In this document: positions 24,381-39,101 of the stretch, in pieces
Layout: each line of letters begins with the position of its first letter
Numbering within the stretch: position 1 is the first letter of the stretch
NCBI RefSeq assembly: GCF_040938485.1
Contig: NW_027271528.1
Span: forward strand, 1,116,001-1,180,000
DNA: 64,000 nucleotides
Direction: 5' to 3'
Source: Diadema antillarum
Taxonomy: Eukaryota
The notes under the pieces: model-generated
Told to the model about the DNA's origin: nothing
Seen by the model: the letters and a program-made list of their open reading frames with translations, nothing else
The model's database searches: none
Program-made: the position numbers and the translations under genes

Positions 24381-26931
24381 GGCGGCAGATAGAGCACGTT
24401 ATAATATAAAATAGGTCGTAACTGTTGTGTATGATTGAATCTGGTGAGTGTCGCTGTCTGATTTCCTTTGTTAATAACGTTACAGTCTTACATTATGCAC
24501 GTTATGCGAGGACACTGTTCTTAGTCACGCTTCTCAGGCACATTAAATGGATAGATTTCGGTTTCCGTGCTCGAACGCCGTTTTTAGGCCAAGGGTGAGC
24601 ACGCGGATTGAAAGAAGTATAGGATCTGCAATGTTCGAAATAATATTATGATATGACGCCCACGCTCAACTAAATAATGTCAATAAAGTCGGAAGGTTGT
24701 TAAACAATAAAAGCAGAACAGTGCCTGTACTTATTAGAGTCTGTCTGAGAGATGCCGAGTCATTTTAGGCTTACAAAACCTAACCTCAGTCACGCTAACT
24801 TTCAATTTATCCATTTCTCTACATAATTATACAAAATATACCATCATATCATGAGAATTAGAAACGAAACTATCACAAAGAGAGAACCTGATTGACTTTA
24901 CTTGACATTAGGCCTCTGATAAAGCAGCAACACGGACGATAAAACAATGAGAAAGGAAAACCAAAAAGCTTTGATAAGAGACAACCATACAAAACTGAGC
25001 GATGGAAATTTAGCAAAAGAATGAACATCCCATCAAATGTGGACATAGTCTTATATCCATGTCAGCTAAAAAAAAGAATGCAGAAACAGCAGAAACAACA
25101 CACACGCACAAAATGGTATACCCTAAAAACGACATGGTAGATCAATTTTTAAAATGTCAATCATCCAACCTTTATGTAAATGCGAGAATTAACACGCAAA
25201 ATGTTGGATGTATACCATTTCTGAAATGGTAGTTCAATATTTTGAGTGATAAATTAACATTTAACAAAGGTTGGAGGAATGACAACATTTCAAATATTGA
25301 TTTTTAGATAAACGGTTTCTGTTTTAGAGTGATTTATGCATGCAATGTTACAAACACGACTTTCACTTTACCAATGTGCAGGATCGCCAGTAAGAATGCT
25401 ATATGAACGTATGCGAACAAAATGCAAATAAGAGGATGTATGTGTGTGTAACGTAATGTAAAATGAGCTCAGATAGACAGACATGCAGACACACCCATTA
25501 TCTATACATATACAACACACAGACAACTCACATATCTCATCTTACAATNNNNNNNNNNNNNNNNNNNNNNNNNNNNNNNNNNNNNNNNNNNNNNNNNNNN
25601 NNNNNNNNNNNNNNNNNNNNNNNNNNNNNNNNNNNNNNNNNNNNNNNNNNNNNNNNNNNNNNNNNNNNNNNNNNNNNNNNNNNNNNNNNNNNNNNNNNNN
25701 NNNNNNNNNNNNNNNNNNNNNNNNNNNNNNNNNNAGATCACAGAGGCGTACATANNNNNNNNNNNNNNNNNNNNNNNNNNNNNNNNNNNNNNNNNNNNNN
25801 NNNNNNNNNNNNNNNNNNNNNNNNNNNNNNNNNNNNNNNNNNNNNNNNNNNNNNNNNNNNNNNNNNNNNNNNNNNNNNNNNNNNNNNNNTTTGTAGTTCC
25901 AACAAGACTTTTATTAACAAAATTTTCGACCCGCCTCGGGGCCTTGGTCAGTGTATGCAAACACTGAAACAAGCTGAGCAAGCAAGCTTTGTCTTTGAAG
26001 GATCCGTAAGAAGTAGGCAGAACCAGCCAGAAACAACGACCGAATCAAGAGACGAACTGAGACTGACATTATTTCAACCATTTACGACACACTCACTGTA
26101 CGAATCGGTTTTATTCGGACGTTCGAAACATGACGAATGTGTAAGCTTGGGTCACTTGGGTCCAGAGCCTTCGAAGGCTCTGCTTGGTTCTATGCAACAG
26201 CGTCCTCTTGAATCTTAGGTAATACGTTTCCCTTCAACGGACACTGAAACCAAAGTACCCATCGTATGTGGATTGAGAGAATGCAGCAATAATTATAAAA
26301 GAACACATTAGCGAAGTTTGAGGAAAACCGGAAAATTCGTTCAAAAGTTATGAATTTTTAAAGTCTTGGTGCAGCCATCACCGGACGATCGAGAGGACAA
26401 CAGTTTTGTGACGTCATGCATGAACAGCGATATGAAGAAAATATAATGTACATGTACAAAGAAAATTAAGATATTTTCACTTTCCTTTCATAATGAAAGA
26501 GCATTTGACTTTTACACTTCTTTACAAAAGCAGGGGGATGATATTGCTCTTAAGATTATGTCAGTAACAAGTCGAAGGAACGTGAACACTTTTCATATAA
26601 AATATGACAATATGCGAAATTTTCTGAACAAGTTGCTTTAGGCATTGTACACACCGACAGCACGAACTACATGTACATAGGCCTAATAGTTTTCTTATCC
26701 AGCAATGGCTGCACCGACAATTTGATAATTCATAATTTTTGAACGGATAATGTGCACATTTCCTCCAACTTTGTGTATGTATTCTATAATAATGTTGCTG
26801 ATTAAACACACAATCCACACGTGTTCGGTATCACTCCCCTTTATTGTAATGACTATTATATCATTCGATAAACTTCACGCCTGCACCTGGAGATTTCTAA
26901 ATTTACTCTTTCACATGGCTACCTTATGTAA

Positions 26932-27071
26932 GGGGGGCATTTCATGAAGCAGTTTGGTCGGATATTTTTCCGACAAACTGGTACAAGCTACTGAAATCCT
27001 TGCATCTAATTGGCTGAGAGCAAATTTGTCCGACAACTTTGTCGGACAAAATGCTTCATAAGATGCCCCCC
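26932..27071. mobile_element. Short MITE-like inverted repeat
   Basis: GGGGGCATTTCATGAAGCA ... TGCTTCATAAGATGCCCCC imperfect TIR pair. Confidence 0.5.
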
Positions 27072-28376
27072 AGGTCTGAAGCATTTAGCTGCGTGTGAGC
27101 ATGCGCACACACGGCACCTCCACAGACGCGGCTTGGCACCGAAAAATAAAGATGCCCACAATAGGACACTTTGCACTGCATTTGGTTTATGGACTCTAAC
27201 CGGAGACCTGAAGATTGGTCTATCTTGAACCCAATTCTTAACTCTCTTTTACTCGTCGGTGTCTTGTTAAGAGTCAATGTATATCTATGAGAGTTAGTGT
27301 TCAACATAGACCTTTGCTACAAACAAAGTTACCAGAATGAGTTTTGAATATCATTCTGATCATTGCATGCTTTCCTATAAAATGAGCGCACGTATCGCAA
27401 GATATTATATTGTTCTAATTTCTATTTCCGTCTTTCATTATCTGAGTAATCGCCAAATCAAATATCATGTCACTCTGTGAAAGGTAATTTCAAGCATGTA
27501 AAATCATTATCATGAATATATCCTTGCTTGTCTTCTTCATCACATTCGTTGTAATTTTAAAAGTTCATGGGCACACCGAGCAAATGCCACCTTTGATAAT
27601 ATCTATTATAGAAGGCATCTATACAGCACCTTCTTTTATTCTATGTATTTGAGAAGTACGTATTATAAACACTGTTGCCAATCTTATAATTTCATGACGT
27701 GCGGTGTGCAGAATTTCACTTTCAATACACGCAATACCATAATGATCTGGCAGGACATTATGAGCTTTTATCCATTACATACACATTATAATGTTTCAAT
27801 CATAAACACTCGGGTTACATACCGGCAATGATATTCTCCTTTTTAAAGGTCTTTCTTGCTTGGTAGCCAGAGATTTACAGTCGATCACTCTGTTACAAAA
27901 GATTACCACGTATATGGCGGGTGGTGGTATACATACTATCTTTATTCACTATTTTATCTCTCTTTTTTTTTCTTTACAGACAGAAGACGACCAACTTGAT
28001 TAACTGTTTTCAAAGTTTGCTTTTCAATGAAAGCAAAGTTTACATTTAGCTCCTTTCATATTTCCATCTCCTGTTATTAGATTAAATAATCTTCTCAAAA
28101 ACAGTTTCGAGGCCCTCGAGTATAACCATTGTGAATAAATGTTCTCGGTATTGCAGGCTATTAGCTGTGATAAAAACTCCATTAAGCATTTTTTGTAAAA
28201 ATGAAAAAGGACGGAAATAAAAAAATAAAAAACACAAGGATTCCCGCCAATCTCCAAGGGTTCCGTCATGGGATTCTGTTGGGGGGAGGCACAAGAGAGA
28301 AAGTGGAAGCATTGACTCTTGAATTTGCAAAGTAACTTATCGACATGAATAAAAAAGAGTTCCTTTTCGGAATCTA

Positions 28377-31300
28377 TTAGTATGGACAGATTTGCATGGG
28401 AAATTTGAGGTCGAGGAAAAGACCGTTTTCATTCTCGGAAGCCGCAGAGAAGATTCTCAGCATGGTGGAAACTGATTGCTCTGTAGTCACATCGGCGTTT
28501 GACCCTCCCATCTCAGTCTGGACCCATCCTGGGTGCTGTGCCAAGACCAGGATCCGATCTTTTTTGAGTTCCACACTCAGCCCCTTGCTGATCATGTTGA
28601 CTGCAACCTTTAGACATACATGAAATATCGCAAACCATCAGACACAAATCATACGAGAGAAGAAACGGCATACACTGACTGTGGTATATATTATAACTGC
28701 CATAATATTATATTCAAATTCAAATTCAAATTCAAACTTATTTTCATTTCCATCAAATAAACAGAGAAAATTATATACAATGTATAAACAGAACATATCT
28801 ATGATAATTGCAAAAAACTTAAATTAACAAAGTACATGTGATAATGAGTAACAAATGAAGAAACATACTTGTATTTCTTGTTTTATTACAGTATATACAT
28901 GATACATAGTACAAATTAAGTAAGGATGGGAATGGAAATGGAGGGTAACACTAAAAATCAGAGTTTGTACGATACAATGTAATATGGGGCCCACATTTGA
29001 TTATTATAATTTTATGTAATGTAATGTTAGACCAAGCATTTTTCAAGGTTTTCAGGGAAAGTCTTTTGGATAGGTGTGCTACTAGTTATTTATAGGGTTG
29101 TAAGGTAATGTCTCAAAACAAGGAAAGGACTGAGATTGATTGCTTTATATTTCCGAACACATTCGACTTTCTTTGGTTATACCAAGGCATTAATGACGCC
29201 AGTTTAATCTGGCTTCGTCCATGCGTCGTGGTTACCTTGCTTTCCCTGTAACCTGCTAAGCCACCTGTTGACTTCGATATGGAGGCCAGAATAGAGGACA
29301 TATTGATAATGGCTCCTCTCTCGAAACTGTAAGTCTGGATTTTACTACTCCGGGCAGCCTGCCGCAGCAGAGGAAGAAACACCTGTCAAGAATCGTAGAC
29401 AGCAAAGAGAAGAAATTGAAGTTAAATGCCGCTCCGTGTAATTAAGTTTGACATTTTCTGAAACGTTTGTTACCCTTAAATTTGGATATGAAATATATGG
29501 TTATCGAATTTGTAATTGCCATGTTCTTAAAAATTTCACAGCACTTTATATTGGTCGCAAAAATGTGAAACACATATCTTTAATTGAAGATGATGCGATG
29601 CATTCATCGCCTCACAGCTTTCCGGTTAGTTTGTATATGAAAAAAAAAACAACCAAAATGTCATGATCTCTCAGACTGCCTAGATCCTATACAAGTGGAT
29701 AATGGTAACTGGGGTAGACGCATACTTATTATATTGTTCTCTGGTGACTAAAATCTTTGAAGTTGAACTTTTGATGGTCCGAAATAAAAAGAAACATAAA
29801 AAGTTCATTTTCAATTTTTAGCTGCCCAATCGGGCCACCAAAAGAGAGCCTTTCTGGAAATTTGGGAGCCCGGCATAAAATTTTAGTGACTTAATTTGGA
29901 CCACCGGGTCACCGCTATAAATGTCGAGCCCTGTTATGAGGAATATTAATGCGTCGTTCATGAAAATAATAATAATAGTTGATATTTTAAGAGCGCCTTT
30001 TTCACCGGATACAAAGCGCTATGAGATGTCATTCCTAGTCGCTACAAGAGATTTATACAAATTAGAAGGCAGTAACATTACAAGTTCCTGCGCATATAGG
30101 ATACAGGTATGCCAACATTTCCACATCAAAATCAGGGAGATTCCACATAGCAATCATAGGGGAGGTATCTATGTGTTACATGCATGTCAGTGGGCGAAAA
30201 TATTTCCCAACTCAGGGAGATTTTAATATTCTCTTATTCAGACATGAACAGATTTTGACATTTTCAGGGAGACTCATGCAGAATCAGAGACACTTGGTAG
30301 CTCGTGCCGGATATCAAAATAAGTATAAACAGGTCTTCAAATTTTGTTTGAAGTGATCCAGTGTTGGTGATGATTTCAGAAGAGGAGGGAGCTTATTCCA
30401 TCTGGGAGCACTATAGAGAGGAGATCAAAAGCTGCATCGCCAGCTAGTTTGTTTGTTAGGCATCATTTACCTGAGTAACTCTAATGAGACTTATCACGTT
30501 GACGTCCATTACGGCTGTGAGACTCTCCCTAGTGGCATCTGCGTAGCCCTCCTTGTTGTTCACGCCTGCGTTGTTGATCAGGACGTTGAGACCCTTTTCG
30601 CCGACGACACTCGAGACCGCCTCCACAGCGGGCTGATAGGTGGCTTCATTCTGGACATCTGGGTGTCACGGTCAGCATTTGAAAGGGATATGTTCATCTT
30701 TAAATCAATCAATCATTACGTATTATAAAATACTCTTTAGAATCTCTGCAATCTGATTGGTCAATAATCATTGTCATGCGTTGATTTTTACTGATCCACA
30801 CCGTGTCATATGCGTCCGGTAAAATCCGAACGCATGGCTCAGGTCTTACCGGACGCATAATGGGGAAAATGGCTGTATTATCATGAATCTACGGGCCCAT
30901 TTTATAGCACAATGATGCACAACCATATTTCGTGGATCAGTGAAAATTGGATGCTCTCGTTTAACTTTGGAACAGTCTGAAACCCACTCGCAATGCTCGT
31001 GTGTTTTAACAGTTCCAAAGTTAAACTCGCGCATCCAATTCTCACCGATCCACTCTGTCCTGTGCATCATTACTTTGTATAATAGCGCTCTTTAAAACTG
31101 TACAAGACAGTTTCTTGGTTCTATTGTATGATGAATATTGTTACCGTTCAAACTACATGTTCAAGTGTTAATTGTATATAATTTCATGTAAGAGAGGTCT
31201 GTAACTTTGGTTCGGAATGACATACGACGGGGTCCTTATCAAATACCATGAAAGGTGTTTAACACCACTCAAATTTCTGTTCAGTAGTGAATCTACCATC

Positions 31301-34068
31301 TGTAATCTGCATTGTCGAGCACGCTTTTCAATCGAAGTTAAAAAGAAAAACACTATAGCTTAAGGCTTAATTTACGTCTCTGTACAGTATAAGATATTCC
31401 CATGTTAGTTTCATGTTGATGTTTGAGAGGGGTAAAAGCTTTGCATTTAATCAAAAGCTTGTGAAGATAATATCTCAAATAACATTTTCTATATTCCGCC
31501 TTCGTTTGTAGTCAAAGAGCCAGGATGAACTCTGAAACATACCTAATCCAATAACGTGAACGTTTTCGTTACTCGCGGCCAAGGTTTGAAGATCCTGAAA
31601 AAAAAAAGTGAGAAGGGGGCAATCAAAGATGTATCAAGGATCGGTAAATTAGAAAATTGTAAATTTGTTTAAAAGCTACCATTTTCACTTTAAAGGTCCA
31701 GTTTACCTTTGGGAGCAGTGATTTCAAAAACGTTCAAGAAATGACATTTGATGCATATGTGTAGGTCTGTTGTATCACAAAACATCCTACCATATAAAAT
31801 TTTCTCAGTAAAGCCTAAAATATAAAGAGATATCAGTTTTTTCTCAATAAACCGTAACTGTAGACGGTACAGTCTGGAAACATTCTTATTATAACTATTG
31901 TTCACATCTTGCGTATTTAACAACACTTAACATTGATTATACAGATTTAACTTTTTACAGTGGTTGTTTCTAGCCGTAACTCACATTCTAGAACTATTTT
32001 GAAGCACTAATGCTGGGTTTTTGTTCCATCAGCAAATGGTAAATTATGCCTTTAAGTCACTGTTTACCATTGGGAGCAGTGATTTAAATATTTTTGAATT
32101 ATATCCCAATAATACATTAGCATAGTTAATTTGTATCACAAAACATACTACCACATAAAAAAAGAAATAGCAATAAAGCCGCAAGCATAAGGAGATATCA
32201 CCAATTTTCTCAATAAACCATAAAATACTGTAGATGTTTTGATCTAGAGATGATTTTAATAAAACTTGCGTTTTATTAAAATTTGTATTCAACAGTACTT
32301 AACGTTGATTATACTAGTTAACATTTCTAAGTTTGTTGGTTTCTCAAATATCCCTATCACTCATATTTTAGAACCATTTTGAAGCACTAAATTTGTTTTT
32401 CTTCTGCAAATGACAATAATAGTGGGTTTTGTATAATTATATGCAAAGATTTGGTACATTGAAACTCGTGCAGAATATTATATGTCATTCATAAACTTTC
32501 CTGTGATGTGTTCCACCTGCATGTATGTTATACAATGACTGGAGAAAACCCACACCGATGCATATACAGTGGACTGCCGTTATAATGAAGTCCTTTGGAC
32601 CGGCAGTGGTTACATCAATTTATTCTTTTTTTAATAACCGAACAAATAAACAATGAAAAAAAAAATAGAGAGCTGATAATGTTGGGGCATGAATTTTTAC
32701 TTCGTTGTAGCTGGAATTTCGTTTATGATAACCGTGTTCGTTGTAACGGGAATGCACTGTACTATAAAAAACATGACAATTATTATATCATCACTGGTTT
32801 GCAGATCTCATTTCATACTCCGTCATCTTCACAGACGATTATGCATATAAACAACTCCGCACCTGTTATTTCTACCTTTCTTTTTACACATAAATTCAAC
32901 TCAAAATCAGTGAACAAAGTTGTTAAGTTTTGTTTGGATCTTCAGGTTGAATCAGGTATATAAGTGATTAACTAAAACTTTCATGTATGACATTATGATA
33001 AAAGAACATATAAAGAAAAAGCAGGTAATACATTAAATTCATATTCCACTTAACGTACATGCGTGTATCACCTGAAGTTAAAAACAAATTCAAAAGCAGC
33101 TCCACATATATCAGAAGCGCATGGGACGTATACATCATCGTAAGCAAACGCTGGCATGGGTATTATATGCATGCAACAGATCTTTTCTTCTTCTTCTTCC
33201 GTCAGGTATCTGTTCACTGCAAAAGAATTCCTTCATTTCTATCAGTGATAAGAATTGAGCGTCTTCACTATACTCTTATCTCTGTTTTATTTTTAGAGTG
33301 GGGAAGAGATAATTATCAACCTCAAAGACAAAATAGACCATGTTTTTATACACAGAATTAGAAACTGCATGCTTCGATAAAACGACGGTACTGTAATATA
33401 CTTGGGTATACCTCCCTGATCTGTTGATTTAAGACCATTATACGTGCAGATATTAACATCTATGAGTGATAGTTGCTGCATAATGGTCATGCAGCGTATG
33501 AATCTCACACTGGATTTCATCGTCGAAAGCAGTAGACAAGCTAAAAAAAAATAGGTCCACAATCATCGATCAAATATATGACAAACCGAAAGAGAAGTAT
33601 AATACTGGATACGTTTTGTATTAGCTCTTCGTCCCCTTAACCCCACCCCCAGCCCCCGACAGACAGAGAAACAGACAAACAGACGGACAGAGACGGAGAC
33701 AGATTCAAAGACAGACATACAGACACACATACAGATATGTACATGTATACCACAATACTGCACGTTTTCACATCCACACAAGGAAATTCTGTGTTTGCAG
33801 CGACCTGTACATGTCCAAAGCAACTGTACTACACGTGTATATTATTCCCAAGCAAACAGATTTGACTACAAAATGGCGACGAAGAACTATGAATTATGGA
33901 AATAATTTATATCCAAACAGTTATCGAAATTGTTATTTCTACCTTTGCCTTCTCTGGACTCCTGCAAGCAGCGAAGATGTGGGCTGGTCTTGGGTCACGT
34001 CCAGCAAGCTGGCGTACGAACTCCAGACCAATGCCCCTGTTCGCACCCGAGATAAATATAGATGCCAT
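28377..34068 (-). CDS. Short-chain dehydrogenase/reductase, C-factor/CsgA/sniffer-like, paralog B (247 aa)
   Basis: Exons 33943-34068, 31543-31594, 30471-30658, 29236-29382, 28377-28607; motifs SGANRGIG, NNAG, MSS, YRESK and HPGWVQTEMGG. Confidence 0.93.
30730..31090. repeat. Interspersed repeat, related fragment at ~53165-53300
   Basis: Shared CTGCAATCTGATTGGTCAAT...TTGATTTTTACTGATCCACAC...GTAAAATC.GAACGCAT; internal inverted GTGGATCAGTGAAAAT. Confidence 0.6.
31694..32051. mobile_element. TTAA-flanked MITE (Kolobok/T2-like AGG ends), followed by a second degenerate tandem unit to ~32420
   Basis: TTAA|AGGTCCAGTTTACC...GGTAAATTATGCCT|TTAA; related inverted copy at 60526-60872. Confidence 0.7.
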
Positions 34069-35082
34069 GGTCGTTTTTCTCAAACCAGCTTTATAGGTCA
34101 TGTGTATAATATGCGGTAGATTGAAACGGTAGTGTACAAATGAGGCTGGTGTGTATTGCTCAAATGCTATCGCTATCTAGTCTGCTTTGTTGGAGCAGGG
34201 TGTTGGCCCGCATCAGTTGTATGACCATGCATAATTTTTATGTGTACTTTGGTCACGCTCCTCATGCATACTGAATAGATCTTGTTAGCTTTTTATCACA
34301 ATGTCATGTATTTTGTTATGTGGTCTCCACCCTCGAATGCCGTTTTGAGGGTTCTGTTAAACACCCGGGTTTGTTAACAGGAAATGATACAAGTTGGATG
34401 TCCATGTTTGATATATCATACAATGCACACTGCACACGATCTAGTAGACAGGTCAAAGGGTCATCATAAGTACATTTGTATAACTATCATATCTTACATG
34501 TATGTGGGCCGGCCAGTGCCTCTCGATTATGCCGAGTCACTGAACATCCCCATGATAGTGTAGTATTGGATGAGGTGCGGATACAGCCATTACTTTTTGC
34601 GAGATACTGTGGGCCTAAGAAACTACTTTCTAAAATATTGAAGAGGATCACAATTCTGAGAGGAATATGTTATTCAAAATTTATTGGATGAAAATCAGTT
34701 TCGAAATTATGGCTGTATGAGATGTTCAAACAGTACATGTAATAAAGAATATCGTCCCACCTTTTATTAGAATTGCTTTGTTTTGGATATCTCAGCCATT
34801 TGAAAACCAATTTTCATCACATAAACTGGTTATTCTTCTTTGAGCTCCTCTTAGAATTACGGTGGTCTTCCATATTTCGCTAGAAGTTTCTCACTATCTA
34901 GAAAATCATCATCATCAAAAAAAAAAAAAAAAATGTGATTGGCAACCTGATTAAGCCCCATCTCGACCGTGCACAATCCCTTGAATTACACTTTTTTGTC
35001 TGGTATACGCGATTACCATTGTCACATCAGAATGAAGAGTAAAACTATCTTGACGAGAAGATCATCTTTTCATATTATTTAA

Positions 35083-36046
35083 CCCTATAAAGACTGGCGG
35101 GGGGGGGGGGGGAGACACATTGTGCCCCCTACCAAATTTTCGTTTGCCAATCCTATACCCTTTATCCGATTTTAACCAAATTTGGTGACTTTTCCTAAAA
35201 TCTTATTGTGAACATTTTGATATATAATTTAGCTTTGTCTGATATTGCTGGTTGCCATGGCAACCGTAAATTGACAACCATGTTCGCCAGATCTTGCATG
35301 TTTTTTCTGTTCAAATTTCAATCAATAATATATGGGTGAAATTATGGTTTTCTTGGCTGTAATTTGCTGAGTGAACAAAAAGTGAAGTATATTACCCTGA
35401 AATAGTCTTCTTATTATTTCCTTTATTCTTATACGACTTAGGCACCAAACAATAGATATAATAGAAATAATCGGAAATAGGGCCTACAGCATTTTCCGAT
35501 TCACAAGAACTATATTTTGTGACATTATCAAACAAACTTTGCCTGTAATATCATTTTTTGATCATATCATCAATCTGCAAACTAAAAATCCAATATTATG
35601 GAAATATTAGATGAGATACCAATATTTGCACTTATCCAGTGAAAACATGGTTTCATATATTTCTTGATATTGTAATGAATAGCGCCCCCACATGTTGACC
35701 ATGAGAAATTTCATCCCAAACGAATAATGAAGGTGGACTTGCTTTTCCTTTGTGGCAAATATGAAAATGATTGATATAAAATAAAAGCATACATAGTGGG
35801 GATAAAAATATAAAGAAAAAATATGATTTTAACCCATTTCCTATGTATTTCTTTAAATTTGGCAAATAGCGCCCTCAATAGGTGACCCTGAGAGATGTCA
35901 AATGTTTGGTCATGTAGAGTATGAGTTGTTCTACCCTTGTGCCAAATATGACGGTGACACATCACATAAGAAGTCCCCCCCCCTCCCCCCCCCCCCCCCC
36001 CCCCTTTGGGCCTGGAAGGGGTCAAAATAGCTTGGGCTTTATAGGG
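35083..36046. mobile_element. Non-autonomous piggyBac-like element
   Basis: TTAA|CCCTATAAAG ... CTTTATAGGG|TTAA; no transposase ORF inside. Confidence 0.75.
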
Positions 36047-39000
36047 TTAAACTGCGAGAAGAGGTTAACAGAGGGAGATGGACAGTAGATATCTAAGAAA
36101 TGAAATGACAACCAAACAAAGCTGAGTGATGGAAATTGAGCAACTTATAAAAGCAAAAATCACGGCAAATGTAGTAATAGTCTTAACCATGTTAAACTAA
36201 AAAAAGAAACATCACAATTAAACAACAACACATGCATACAAGCAGACTAGTTCATAGACATCTTGTGCAATCTAGCAGAAATCACCTAAATTAATGTTAG
36301 AAACCTTATTTTTATGTCAAGTGCTATCTGGGGCAAATTATTTGTATGGCCCCCTTTTTTCTCTCGCTCTTCTTTCTTCCTTTAAAACAACGTTAGAAAC
36401 ATGCACGGTTTTTGGTATATAGCAAAAGTTGCCAGCAAGAATGCTATGTATGTATGTGAACAAAATACAAAATGAGGACGTGTGCAACATATTACAAGCT
36501 GACAAACAGACAGACAGACATGCAGACGCACCCATTATCTATCAACACACTGTAAGATATGTGACTCTGCATCACCCCCACCCCGGAAAAGAAAAAAAAA
36601 ATCGCCAGACATGGCTGTTGAGCCAAGGGCAGATTCTGAGAAAGCTTCAAAATACAAAATGTAAAATAAACTTTCATTTAATTCAAATGGACTCTACACT
36701 AGATCGATACATGGGCATCATCTTGTGATATACTGGAAATAAAATCTCAATTCATTTGAATTGAATTGTGATAGCATTAAGCAAAACAAAGAATATAAAA
36801 ATTCTCAGCCTTCCTTTTGAGAGCTCACTCAAGGCATTCAAAATTGTAGCTACTATGTATATGTTGTATCTATACATGTACTTGTACCTATAAATAAAAA
36901 GGCTTATATTTAAATTTATCAGCTTACCCGTGAAGAAAGCATACTGTATACACTTACACTGTATGTCACTTGTACCTTTGCAAATGTAGCTTAATTATAA
37001 TTTCATACACACACTGCTCATTTCTTTCATTACCACGTAGGCACACACACATACACACTCACACACACACAGCCAACCCATGGAAAGTAAATAACACAGG
37101 GTATCAGTATCTTTTGGAAAAATTAGCAGTTGCAGATAGGAAAGCATATATTTATTATATACATTATTTACTCAAATATGTACATAATTCGTTCCATCAT
37201 ACATTTTTATTATTCATCAATACACCAGGGTTCTCATCTGGCATCTTGTGCAGATGATTAAAAATCACACTGATCCACAGTCAAGTGAAAAAAAAAATAT
37301 TACATTTATTTATTTATTCATTCATATATCGGTCAAGTAAGAAAGATTGCACATGCTAAGCATATTAATTTGAATCTAGTAGAAAAATCCTTTCTCGAAC
37401 TTCCTTCTTTTTTTTTAAGGACAAAGAAAGGTTGTTGAAAAAAGAAAATCTAGTTGGTAACTCTGGTACAGATATAGACTGTGACAATTACACCCTCATA
37501 TTCTCCCTGCCAAAATTGATAAAGGAAGAGCACAACATAATACAAAAAGAATTTAAAAAGAAAAGAAGAAAATTTTGTGTTAAACCTACAGTAGCTCCTC
37601 CAAAAGGCTCTGGGAATACATAGAAAAAACTTGTTCCAACACATGAAGAGATTTATTGCAAAATGGTCTGAGTGCCATTTTTAAAAACATTTCAAAGTAA
37701 GTCCATCATCAGATGGGGGAAAATCAAACCTTTCCAGAAATACACGTACCTCACTTGTAATATAACAAGGAATATTCTAAAAGTTAAGATTAAATATATC
37801 CTGTATTTTCTTTGTTTTTTAGCAGCTTTAATCACAAATATCTCAACTTAAGAATGGATTTAGCTCATTTTGTGATATATCTCTTCATATAATGGTGAGG
37901 AATGTGAAGAGCCCTGGTGGGCCTGATGTTCACTGAAGTTTCAAGATACATGTACATACAGCCTTAACGGTGCATAGGTCCTGTAGTGTAGAGGGCGCTG
38001 TTGACGATATTGCCAATCACCGTTAGCATTGATATGAAGATTGCCGAAGCTGAGCTATCATCAAGAGTAAAGTGCGTAGGTGTTGCTAAGTAACGTTGCC
38101 TTCGTTGTCTTCTCTGCACATCGCACAGTCTGTAGTAATGCCACGGTGCGTGCATATGTGCTTCTTATTATGACATCACAAAAGAAGTTTGCTAAAGCTG
38201 TCATCCTCCCTCAGCCAATCATGAGCCGAACTGTGATCGGACCACTGACTACAGTGAATCGGACTTCTTCGGACTCGGGGAAGTGGGCCACAGCGTAAGC
38301 GCTAAAGAGGAGTTGATAGCATAGGTCTCTATAGGAAACTTACGCCCTGCGCCCGCGTACGCTTTTGACTATACTGCGGAATAAAAAGACGCCACCAGGA
38401 CCATGCACCTTTAAGGCAGTTTTCCTGCTGGTTCTCCTTGATGGTGTGTTATTGGCTGAATTGCACTCACCTCCTAAGAGACGATGTACTGTATTGTTTT
38501 TCAACTGCATCTCCACAAACTACACAACAGTAATAAAGGCAGTATAGTGTCACTGAATCAGTTCTGACCAATTAAGAGACAGGTTGCATCAATCTGACGT
38601 CATGATCACACTCAAAGATTTTAATACATAAATCATACTAAAGGGATATGTTTGATTCAACGTTCTTTAGAACTGCAGTTTGCTAGGGTATTTCACTGAA
38701 AGACAGACTGATTTGTAACAATTCAATTTCAATAGGTCAACTGATTTTTTTTTTCCACATCAAAGTAGATTTGACCCATATAGATACTATTCAATTTTGA
38801 AGCCATAAAGTTGAGTGGTTGGGAAGCTACTTAGTTAATTGATGAAATGCAGTATCTTGTTTCCTTTTTTCCACTGTTCCACAAAATACAATAATAATTT
38901 TCACAATCTTGTCAATAAATAAAAAATGGACATAAGTCAGAATTTCTTTGAAGACAAATCTTGCATGCTAGATTCCTTGATTTTAAATACAGTTGTACAC

Positions 39001-39101
39001 GAGTTGCTTGAATGAAAAAAAAAATACACTCATACACAAACAGACAAACTTGAATCATTTCAGATCTCTGTGGGATTTGTGATGAGAGGGCTCTAGTATT
39101 T

